A stretch of DNA of 64,000 nucleotides from Magallana gigas (taxonomy: Eukaryota), in assembly GCF_963853765.1 (NCBI RefSeq), contig NC_088853.1, forward strand, positions 14,880,001 through 14,944,000, in the 5' to 3' direction. This document shows, piece after piece, positions 51,229-63,069 of the stretch; positions within the stretch are counted from its first letter, which is position 1; each line of letters opens with the position of its first letter. The translations under genes were made by a program, and so were the position numbers. Below the pieces are notes generated by a model. It was not told where the DNA came from and did not search any database. It saw only the letters and a list, made by a program, of their open reading frames with translations.

Positions 51229-51732
51229 TGTGAACGGCCGAGGAATAATAAAAGAAAAGAACAGACTTTGTCGATTTATAGTACTCAGCATGGGGGTTTT
51301 CATTGGAAAACCACAGGAAAGACGTAGAAGAAAGCTAATAAGTTGTTTAGATAATAGACAGCTTTGTAATTTTTTTGAATGAACTCGGATAAAGATATCT
51401 CGGAAGGTGTATGTGAGTCGTGTAAATTATCATTTCCTGTATTTATTAAAACAGTGTAAGGATATAATGTTCTATAAAAAAACACGACTTCACTTCTTTT
51501 ATAAAATGGCCCATCCCTTTTAAGAGCAAACCAATGATTGGTTCGACTCAATACACCAATGGTCATTTATTTACAAGTGCGTATGCATAAACTGCTTTTT
51601 CTTTTTTTTCAGATGGGAACCAATAAAACGTTAGAAGCATTTATTCTCATACTTATTTTTCAGAACAATTACATTTTTATCACTGTGAAACGTTGAAACG
51701 CTATTACTCATGTACTTTTATTATAAACTGAT

Positions 51733-51892
51733 NNNNNNNNNNNNNNNNNNNNNNNNNNNNNNNNNNNNNNNNNNNNNNNNNNNNNNNNNNNNNNNNNNNN
51801 NNNNNNNNNNNNNNNNNNNNNNNNNNNNNNNNNNNNNNNNNNNNNNNNNNNNNNNNNNNNNNNNNNNNNNNNNNNNNNNNNNNNNNNNNNNN
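51733..51892. other. Assembly gap (N run)
   Basis: Corresponds to the (AT)n tract at 29480-29556. Confidence 1.
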
Positions 51893-53705
51893 TATAATGA
51901 ACTTAAAAAAAACCATATATTGTGCGAAGTAACACTATACATATTATGACGTGCAGTCGGGTCCTTTTGACGCGAATAAACATTTTGACGGCAGCATGAT
52001 AAACTTGAATTGCATTTGCCTTTGTATGTCATAGCTAGCAACCATTGCTTTTGTTGTGCTGATAGAGGCCGTCACTCTCCGTTAACATTTTATGTGTAGC
52101 ATGTACAATACGTTCACTGACATCTCGCTGACATTGTTAGACTTGATAATGACTAGATACGACATAAACACGTTTCCTGAGATTTTCTTTTAAAACAACA
52201 AACAGAGAGTTGAACAATAAAACATTTTTGCTTAAAATGAGTTTTGCAAATGTAAATACCAATAAGCGCTTGGAATACATTATAAACACGTGTGTATCGG
52301 AGACTTTAAAAACTGTATAATTGAAAATTTCAATCTTTCGCGGCGGATGTCTTGCAAGGGAGGATTCGAGTAATTCTATTATCATCTTCAATTTCACCAT
52401 TAAAGTAATTGTGGAAAAGCATTTAGAAAAAAAATTACGCACTTTGAAATTTGCTTTGAAATTTAGGACCAAATCAACGCACTTAGAAAACTTTATCAAA
52501 GTGCGTTAAATTTTGGACCAACTTAGCGTACTAGTAATTTGAGAAAAAAATTCAAAGTGCGTCATGAATTTTTATTATTGAGGCACGAAGTGCACTTGCA
52601 GAAAATAAGTACAGATCACAAATTCTGTAATTGAATTTCTATTTTTTTTTTATAGTATGATGATTTGTTAACACTAGTAAACAACATCTATGTAGTTTTT
52701 GGAAATCAAGTCTTCAACAATATGTTGGAATTTTCATGGGTACCAATTGTGCCTCATTGTTAGCAGACCTATTTTGTATTCTTGTGAAGTAGAATTAATT
52801 AAAACCTTGTACGTAAAAAAAAAATAAATCACTCGCTGTGGCCTTCAACTCAACATTTAGGTATATTGACGACGTATATAAAACACAGGACGAAAAAACA
52901 ATCTTTAAGCATGTCCTTAAAGGTGGCTTAAATGTGGCGAAAATGAGGCTTAAAGGATATACAATCTTTAAGCCACCTTAGGTTTTTTTTTAATTACAGT
53001 AATGACAAGTCTACCGCAGTCTTAGTTGCATTTGTTGTTAATTTGATTGTTGAAGGACCAATGAAAAGACGAGGAGTATCGCAAAAATTAGCCAATCGAT
53101 TTCATGCAAAAATCTCATCTGAAATGACAGTTATAAATGAATCCAAGATGGCGGCAATGTGTACCTTGTGTATTATTTGGTTGAGAGTTCATATTTCTGT
53201 CATGTGGGGATATATGCAAACGTCAAATGCCAGTGTATGCACTAGAATAAGTAAAAGCATGTTCAATCGTGTAAAAAAAATAGAGAACTAAAGTAGATCA
53301 CAAATGTAAGACCCATTTTATTGCTAAAATGATTTTGATTGGAATACAGATAATAAAATGTGACGACATAGTTTTATATGAAAGAAAACCAGAATCTAAT
53401 TAAAGTTCAAAAATAAATTGGTTAGTTTGTAGCCGCAATGTCCAACTACAATATATAACATGTGTAGGATTTTCGTCTGCATCAAGATTTCACAAAAAAG
53501 AGATTGTGTCGTCAGTAGCATCTTGTTGATGGAGTTGTTTAATGGCCATCGATCTCAAGGGGTTATGTGGTACAAAGCTTTGTTGTTATAAATTATCTTT
53601 CAAAAATGCGTTCAGCATACGAAAGGTGATATCTGATGGGCAATTTGAACTTTTGTATATTAACCATTGACATTACAAATCTCTATACAGCTTCCGGGGT
53701 GTACT

Positions 53706-54325
53706 CTATGGTCTTGGGCGCCGCGTCCGACGAATCGTTCCATCAGCTCCAAAAATACCATTACCTCTTTTCCATGAGATGTTTATTTTAGCTCTAGGAT
53801 CATCTGGAATAATACAAAATGTAACCCATGGGTACGTTTTATGATAAATAACTTAAAATATCAATAATCATCATCAAAGTATCGTAGTATTTCAGAAACA
53901 AGAGAATGAGATGGTTTTGGCTTATTGGTTTTTCTGCTTCTGAATGCTTTTTATTTTTCAAAACATGTTTTTGAATACATGTAATATTACAAAACAACAT
54001 ATCCAGCGTTCTGAGATTATTTCGCAACATTAAAAAAATTCTTTTCTGCTTCATATTGATATATTTTGTTATTGTGTAATAAGCTTTTTAAAATAATTAT
54101 GCGAAAAGATTATTTTTGCTCTAGAGAGAGAAAAAAAATAATATTCTAAAAGACAGCCTTAATGCCTTCAATTAAATTTGGAAACGAAATAGGATAAGAA
54201 TGACAAGTAAATGCAATATTACCTTTAGACTGAACTGCTTCATCGCCCAGAACTCCTTCAACTTGTTGAAGAGTCAGTAACATCCCAATCAAGAACACAA
54301 GAACAACAAGCGTTTGAGGTTTCAT
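53706..54325 (-). CDS. Cg-Prp-like peptide precursor P7'
   Basis: Exon 1 54223-54325 (MKPQTLVVLVFLIGMLLTLQQVEG-VLGDEAVQSK). Exon 2 53706-53803 (DDPRAKINISWKRGNGIFGADGTIRRTRRPRP*). Confidence 0.82.
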
Positions 54326-55293
54326 TGTGAACGGCCGAGGTATAATAAAAGAAATGAACAGACTATGTCGATTTATAGTAATCAGTGTGGGGATTTTCAT
54401 CGAAAAACCCCAGGAAAGACGTAGAAGAAAGTTAAGTTGTTTAGATAATAGAGGACTTTGTAATTCTTATGAATGAACTCGGATAGAGATATCTCGGAAG
54501 GTGTATGGGAGTCGTGTAAATTATCATTTCCTGTAATTATTGAAACGGTATCGGGATATAATGATCTATCAAAAAAAACACAACTTCACTTCTTTTATAA
54601 AATTGCCTATCCCTTTTAAGAGCAAACGAATGATTGGTTCGACTCAATGCACGAATGGTCATTTATTTACATGCGCGTATGCATGTACTGATTTTTCTTT
54701 TTATTTTCAAATGGAAAACAATGAAACGTTAGGAGCATATGTTTTCATACTTATTTCGTAAAACAACTACATTTGTATCACTGTGGAACGTTGATATCAG
54801 CTTTTACCCATGTACTTTTATTATTAACTAATTCGATACGACAATCTGCTATATATATGAATTAGTAAAAGAGTTTAGTATAATGAACTTAAAAAAAACA
54901 TATATTGTACGAAGTAACGCTATATATATTATGACATGCAGTCGGGTCCTTTTGACATGAATAAAACATTTTGACGGCACCATGATAAACCTGAATTGCA
55001 TTTGCCTTTGTATGTCATTATTGGCAACCTTCTATTTTATTTTGCTGATAGAGGCCGTCACTCTCCGTTGACGCTTTATGTGTAGCATGTACAATATGTT
55101 TACTGAAATCTCGCTGACATTGTTAGACTTGATAATGACTATATACGACATAAACACGTTTACTGTGATTTTCTTTTAAAACAACGAACAGAGAGTTGAA
55201 CAATAAAACATTTTTGCTTAAAATTAGTTTCGCAAATGTAAATACCAATAAGCACTTGGAATATATTATAAACACGTGTGTATCGGATACTTT

Positions 55294-56069
55294 AACAAGT
55301 ATTCCTTTTAAAGGAATGATCGGCAATGATGATATATAGATAGCTAGAAGCAATCAACATGATCAGTTTGATGTAAAATAATTACAAAAGAACTGTATTT
55401 TTACAAAATATAGAATATTTTGAATCTGTACACCATAATTTTATCATTATAAATCGTCAACAAGTTTAATTTTGAAATAAATTTGGGGAAAGCCGTTCGA
55501 AAACTCCTTGTCTAGTTTTACATTTTTAACGTAATTATTAAATGTTAATATATTTTCTTCTTCTTCAGAATACTGGGTAGGTCTCTTCAAAGAGCTTAAC
55601 ACGTATACAAAGAAAGAGTTGGATTAAAATAATTTAATGCGACTGAAAAACATTGAATGCCATCATAACTTGCTATTGAGGTCGCATTATAACGTAACGT
55701 TGATTATTCCTAGCTACTATTATGCAACATCAATAGATCGAGGTCAGTTCATGGAGCATCTTCTTATGATTGAGGTCAGATCATCAATGTCAACTGCATT
55801 ACTGAATGAATCTTTCGATCGAAATTCTTACGCGTGAGACAAAATGTGCATACTTGAATTAACAGGTCCAACTGTATTTAATGTATGTTTGCATCTCTTA
55901 AGGTAAATGAATTGAAATAAAACTGAGTAAAATGTTATATAAATACTCAACCAAAGCTTCACGTTTTTATAATAACTACTTTATTTATGCATGCGGAATG
56001 TGTACGCACGTGGAAGCATTTGCCGGATGCCTCATATGGACACAATAGTGATCGGCCGAAGCCGATCAC
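55294..56069 (+). mobile_element. HINE-like insertion (partner of 38006-38783)
   Basis: Same termini: aacaagtattcc... and gtgatcggccgaagccgatcac. Confidence 0.8.
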
Positions 56070-56429
56070 AAAAACTGTATAATTGAAAATTTCAATCTTT
56101 CGCAGCGGATGTCTTGCAAGGGATGATTCGAGTATGTCTATTATCATCTTCCATTTCACCATTAAAGTAAGTGTGGCAACGCACTTAGAAACATTTTTAC
56201 ACACTTTGTTTTGTTTTGTTTTGAAATTTACGACCAAATTAACGCACTTAGAAAACTTTATCAAAGTGCGTTAAATTTTGGACCAACTTAGCGTAATTTG
56301 AAAAAAAATTCAAAGTGTGTCATGAACTTTTATTATTGAGGCACTAAATGCATTTGCAGAAAATAAGTACAGATCACAGATTATGTAATTGAATTTCTAA
56401 TTTTTTGATAGTATGATGATTTGTTAACA

Positions 56430-57120
56430 CTAGTGAACAACATGTATGTCGTTTTTGGAAATCAAGTCATCAACAATCTGTTGGATTTCCCATGGGTACC
56501 AATTGTGCCTCATTGTTAGCAGACCTATTTTTGTATTCTTGAGAAGCAGAATTTATCAAAACCGTACGTGAAAAAAATAAATTACTCACTGTGGCCTTCA
56601 AATTAACATTCAGGTATATTGACGACGTATTATCAACTAACGCTTGTTATTGACTCGATATATCTCAGTGAACTCAAAATAAAAGATACCACTGAGTCTG
56701 CGTCATCTATTTCATATTTATATATTATACTGGAAATGGACATTGATGGTAACCTAACAACAAAACTTTATAATAACTGGATGACTTCAATTTTTTTAGT
56801 CAACTTACCTTACTTATGTAGCAGTATACCTTCATCACCTGCATATGATGTTTTTGTCTCTCAGTTAATTCGATACACTAAAGCATGCTTTTGTGCATGA
56901 ACAGTTTCTAAGACGAGGCAAGCTACTGACAAACAAGGTGACAAAACAGGACTATCAACTGTCTCGTTTGAAGCCATCCTTTTGTAAGTTCTATGGTCCA
57001 GCAAATACAATCATCCACTGGGTCGCATGCTGACTGACGTTTTTCATACTAATTGTTAGACCATAATTAATCACATAATTGTCTATGGACTTTTTCCCCA
57101 ATTACGACAAAGAGCACACG
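56430..57120 (+). mobile_element. Penelope-like RT fragment (partner of 39150-39840)
   Basis: FRYIDDVLS, ELKIKDTTESASS, IPSSPAYDVFVSQLIRY motifs. Confidence 0.75.
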
Positions 57121-58156
57121 GCCCTACCCACCATGCAATTGTGTGCCTGTTCCATACGCTGTACCATATGCAGATCAATACACAACTCCTATGCCATGGG
57201 TGATGAAACCTCAGTATCCCTTTTACCCATACCAAATGATGAGTTATGATATGAATTGTCCACCATGCGGTCCATTGTTGCAGTACCATCTACACATGAT
57301 GTCCCAGTATGGTGTTGCCTCAGCACAATCAATGGCACAACAACCAACAGAAGATGGTGCATCTAGCCAGATACAGTATGAGTTACAGCATCAAGTCAAT
57401 GTTGCTCAACTACAGGGTGGTAGTTTACCACCTACAGCTGTAGTCAACATTGAACCTGATATAGAGGACACATAATATGGAGGCAGTACAGTTCAGCTAC
57501 AAAGTAGTTATACACTGATAATAGCTACAGCTGAGACTGAATACATGTTGAAGGGATGTCAGCAGTTGCAGAGTCCCTTACAGAGACATTCCCTAATTCT
57601 GAAAAAGTCCAGGCAATAGACCGTTCAATATCGACAAATGACCATGGTTTTGCTCAGATTTATGGAGCATCAGTACTTGGCACAAGTAAGGTCACAGCTC
57701 CGGCATCAAGAGGTTTTTAACCATCCAATGTAAAGAGTTCTGTGCATGACTTTGCCAATTTTAGTCATAAAACGTATGCACATTCAAAACATAACATGTC
57801 ATCATTATGTATGGATGTGCATGAGTCAAACTATGAGACCATGCAACTGTTGCTGTTAGATCAGCATGCACAATTACTGCAACAGGTGCAAGATCAACCC
57901 AATGTGACCCTTCAGGAAGACCATGAGTCATCACTGGATATATGGAGTCCTGGTGACCTTGACACAATCTGAGTGAATGAATCGAGCGTCGATCGAAACC
58001 CCCTGCACCATCTACATAAGCACGTTTTTTAAAAAAGTAAGTTTAGCAATAAAAATATATTCATTGAATCGCAGTTTAAACATGTTTGTTATAAGAATAT
58101 AAACCGAAAGACTGCGATCTAACTTTATACTAATAGGTTTAACACTGTTTAAGACC

Positions 58157-58315
58157 CATGCGCGGATCCAGAATTTTTTCCCGGGGGGAGGGGGGTCCAA
58201 GGCATATTTTTTGGTAATTTTATAATGCATCTAAAGACATTTGAATTCTGCAAGGGGGGGGGGGGGTCTGGACCTCTCCGACCCCCTCCCCCCCCCCTCT
58301 CCAGATCCGCGAATG
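58157..58315. mobile_element. Small MITE with catgcgcggatc TIR, TSD AGACC
   Basis: Partner of 40880-41007, internally longer. Confidence 0.8.
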
Positions 58316-59499
58316 AGACCAATCCTACGACAATACCGAGGATCGGATCGAGCAAAACGCCCGTTATTTTTGTGTAATGTCTACGTGTGTGAAGAAATAA
58401 TCTTAAAAACTTTATTTTAACAATTTCAAATTTTGAAAACTATAATTCGAAAATGTATAACCATACAGGTGATTGCATTTTATAAAATTTACATTTATAT
58501 GACATAAACAAAAAAAGAATTCATGTTCTTTAAGTTAGTAGAACAATTTAATTGGAGCTTTAGTTTTTATTGAACAATATTATTGTAGTTTTTAATGTGC
58601 TTATATGAAATCCATTTACCAATAGGTCTTCCCTGGGTTACACAGACCTGAAGAAAACCATGAAAAAAAGCTGTCACCTTACTGATTAAATGAATGGTGA
58701 AACTGGCAACCAAAGAATAATGATGACGTAATTTGTTTAAGATTATGGAGAGGAACATATACACAACAGTGCTGAATTCCAATGTGGATATTGTTGTGAT
58801 ATTCTGATAGCTGTTTTTGTGATTGTTTATGTGTGAAATCAAAATGCCCACGAGACTGTCAAAAAGGGACATTTGGAATGCCTAGGACGAATGCTTCGAT
58901 CAATCGTTATACAGCAAGTGGTTGTGCAAGACTTGTGAACTATATGGTTTGAGCTTTGCTTACGGTAAACAGTGAACTTTTGTCCATATCCGTCTGTGCG
59001 CGTTGTGTCAATTAAACTGCAATACATGTTTATCTGCAGCAACAAATCCTCACTGATTGGTTGAGTACCTTTAGTCAAGTTTCATCATGATTTGTTCATC
59101 ATATTTGTGTTTATTGTATTTATAAAATGTGTTAAATTTAAAGATTATTAATTCTAACTGGTGTCCTTTATAAGCATGTTGAAATTCCAGTTTTAGATCT
59201 CTAATATTATACATTATATTTTTAATTCAATACTTATTTTGTGCATATTATGTTGAATAAAATATTTTTTTTACTTCTTTAATATTGTGTAATCACAAAC
59301 TGTCTTTTTCATTTAATTTTTGAAAAGTCCAAATTTAATGCAAAATGTTTGTGTTGTTGTAACTTTTTTTGCATCTGTTAAAAAAATAAAACTGTAATGG
59401 CAATTAATGATTTTTTTTTTAATTTTGGTTGTAGGTTAATATAATATACATGATTGCTTTACTGTATACATTTATCATTTATAAACATTGAATATATTG

Positions 59500-59960
59500 T
59501 ACCATTGATGCCAGAGCACAGAAAATGCATTGAACCAATATTTCTGCAATGTCATTTTTCTTATGCAAATGTATTGCCAGAAAAGTGTTGCAGCAAAAGT
59601 TTTGCCGTAACACTTTTGTGGCAATATTGCTGCAATCTCCAGTATTGCCAGAAAGGTGTTGTCGCAACAATGTGTTGTAGCAAAGCTTTTGCGGCAACAA
59701 CTTTATGGCAATATTGCCGCAATCTCATTTGCATACGAAAAACGATACAGCAGCAATATTGCCGTAATGTATTGCCATAAAGGTGTTGCCGCAATAATAT
59801 GTTGCAGCAAAACTTTTGCGGCAACATCTTTCTGGCAATATTGCCGCAATCTCATTTGCATACGAAAAAGTTACAGCAGCAACATTGCAGCAATGTATTG
59901 CCAGATTGTTGCTGCAATATTGCTGCAATAATGCCAGAATGTGTTGCCAGAAGGTCAATA
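59500..59960. repeat. Palindromic minisatellite (longer allele)
   Basis: Same as 42200-42530 plus one additional unit. Confidence 0.8.
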
Positions 59961-60949
59961 TTTTGGTAAGGGATAATAAACCTACAAATAAACATTATCG
60001 TCATGTTGTAAATTTTGAATTTGCCAGAGGAAGTAAAGACAAAATATACAATGCAATGTTGTCATCTTCATGGAATAGCCTGTATCCCAATATGTATAAA
60101 TAAAGGAGGCCGCAAGAAAGTTTCCAATTAATAACTTTTATTCAATTTATCATATGATATCTTTATGGTATGGCCTTTTTATTTTTAATCATGTAAATAC
60201 GAATAAACTGACGCCTTCAGTTCAGCGATATACTTTTATCCTGATACAGACCAATCTCTGGATATACTATTACATTTCTCCTTGAATAATTCAATCATAT
60301 TGATTTCATTAGAATTTTTAGCCATGATCTAACTTACATTAACTTTAAACGTAACTGATATTTTACTTAAACTGACTGTCATAACTCTGATATTCAGTTA
60401 CAGTTCTAGATCTTCTAGATGGCATTTAATTGAATTAAAGAGATTCATGATGTGAAACATAACAATATAATCCCGCAAGTTATCTTTATTCAGACATTTA
60501 GGATTAAAAGGATGTATTTTTCATTTTTTTTTGCAATCGTTCCTCAACTGCTACTTGGGTACATGTCACAGTTGCTTTTTAATCCAAATAATCATATTGT
60601 ACACATCTTTTTAAATTAAAATAGAGATAAAGAAACAACACTCGACACCGATAGCGAGATTTGTAACAATATGCGATTTATCTTTTTTGAAATGGTATAC
60701 TTTGCCTCGTTTCACGTGTCAATTAAACCCATGTGCAGTTGCTAGATAATGCATAATGCTTTAATTATAATTATTGTACATAAACGAAGACAACAGGCCA
60801 TGCAATAATTAATGAAAGTAGACACCAATTGCAATTTTAGGGGCCCCCTTTTTTCTCGCTTGAAATGACATGTGGTGATAAAGAACAATGCTCAAAATCA
60901 AAAGTCCAAAGGAAATATGCAAACAAGGGGCTGACCAAACACTGACCTT

Positions 60950-61280
60950 TTAAAAAATAGAGGTCGCCTGGAGGAGTGAGTATCCTCTGCTTACCGGTCA
61001 CACCCTCTCTTTGTGCTCTTTGTCGTAATTGGGAAAAGGGAAAAAATCGTAGACGATTTGGTCAGAAACTATGGTCTATCAATAAGAATAAAAAACGTCA
61101 GTCAGCATGCAACCTAATGGCAGGTTCTATTTGTTAACAAAGTAGTTGTATCGACTATAGAATTTACGATAATATGACTTCATTTGAGAATGTTGTTAGT
61201 CCTGTTTTATCAACCTATTTGTCGGTAGCTCGCCTCGACTTTAAAACTGTTCATACGTAGAGCATGCCCTTGCGTATCGA
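60950..61280 (-). mobile_element. Penelope-like 3' fragment (partner of 43500-43850)
   Basis: Near-identical sequence. Confidence 0.7.
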
Positions 61281-61318
61281 ATTAATTGGTTAATTTAACA
61301 CATGAACTAATAAATTAT

Positions 61319-61324
<6 letters not shown>

Positions 61325-61406
<82 letters not shown>
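61325..61406. repeat. (AT)n microsatellite
   Basis: About 40 AT units. Confidence 0.98.
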
Positions 61407-61409
<3 letters not shown>

Positions 61410-62948
61410 CCTGCTTAGTGACCCCGAAATAAAACATTCAAGTGTATACAAATACATAAAAACAGAAAACAATGTAAAACTCAAATTTTTTTGGCGATCT
61501 GCAAACAGCATTTATTCTTCTGGCTAATTATCAGCCCGAATGAAAACATCCTTTGTATTGTCTTGATGTAAACAGCTACCTCGTAAGATAAAATTTCTAA
61601 AAACGAAACTATGTTGCTACGTTAATTATTTTTCTTTTTCGCAAGTATAAATTTAAGTGATTTTGTCTTTAAATTATTTCTTTAACCTACAAATGGTTTT
61701 GTGAGAACGACTTTGAAATTCGTACGAAAATATCTTAAGAATTAACTTACGAATTGTTGTAAAAAGGACTACAGAATTTTAATTCATTCATAGAAACAAC
61801 TAACCTTTGGAACCATTTCATTTATTCCGAGTGCAGCAAGAAGTTTAATGGCGAGACTTAATGGTAACACGTATATATAAGAAAAATATTTAAAATAAAA
61901 GATGAATCTGGGGTACATGTACCAAGTGCTGAAAATATTCTCCCAGATCCTTGAGGCTGCTATAGTGGCCGCCATTTTGTCTGACAAAGTTAATTTATTC
62001 ACTATATGAATGAGGATTTTCGATGTTTATTAACTGTCCATTAACTCTATCAAAAGTTGTTCATTAACGTTATCACAAACAGTTCGATGTTGCAATCGAA
62101 AATATTGAAAACATTTGCTATGAAAACCAGTTAGTTTTCATCAGTGTTTTAATCAGTAGATAAAACTAGTTTCACGTATGTCTTATCAACTTATTTAGAT
62201 GTAAAATAAAAACATTAACACCAATTAAGGAACCGATCTTTTATATTTTGGATAAAGTATTCAGAGAAAGCATTGAAAGAAGAAATGAAAAAAATCTCGA
62301 AATCACGCACGTTTATTTCTGAAGACACAAATGTTACGTATTACGTATAAGCCATTACGTCAGTATAAAGACTGAGCACGCGACGTTTTGGTATTAACTT
62401 TAGCTTATGATTTCTGTAATCAGGTGGATCCCATGTCTGTGTTTCAAACCATAAAATCTGCGCTCGGCCCAACGGTCACGACGTTTACATAATAAAGTTA
62501 TTTTAAATAAAAAAACGTCCTATGGAAGAAAACAATTTGTTTATATAAAAGTTTTCATTACACTGCAATCACATGCACATTAATATTCTTGACACATTTT
62601 TTTAATTCTTCAAACGTTCAGACTTATTCAAGTATGTTATGTAAGATTGCAAGTCGGTTAATTGGTTCTCTAAATAACTAAAGTAGTAATAATAAAGGTC
62701 GTTCAATTTTATTATTTGCATGGTTAGTGTATTTGTCATTGAAATGTAAGAGCAATTCAGAAAATATTTATTGTTCATTTTAACCGGTTTATTTTGTAAC
62801 AAAATTAAAAAAAAATAGATTAACAATTTGGTACGTGTTTTTTTTTTCCAAATAATTGTTCATTTTAACCGATTCATTTTATAGGAAAGGTAAAAAAAAA
62901 ATCGGGTAAAAAATTTGGTACAATTCTTTTTCGTTAATAAAAACCTAC

Positions 62949-63069
62949 CTCTCTTTTTTCTTAACAGTTTTCGCACGCTACTGAAATGTCCGAGTTTTCC
63001 TTCAACTTCGGAGATAGTCAGCAAAATCCCCGCAACAAGCAAAAGAACGAAAAACGTCTGACGATTCAT
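62949..63069 (-). CDS. Signal-peptide exon of peptide precursor P9 with Lys/Arg-rich N-terminal mature segment; exon 2 uncertain
   Basis: MNRQTFFVLLLVAGILLTISEVEG-KLGHFSSVRKLLRKKR then G|GTAGG (phase 1, same architecture as P1-P7). Candidate exon 2 at 62503-62519 (GRFFI*) or at the acceptor near 62672 (ENQLTDLQSY...). Confidence 0.7.

Larger units (their letters stand above)
46720..62762. repeat. Segmental duplication, copy B (lacks ~5 kb present in copy A)
   Basis: Collinear with 24545-~29880 and then ~34840-45352. Confidence 0.9.
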
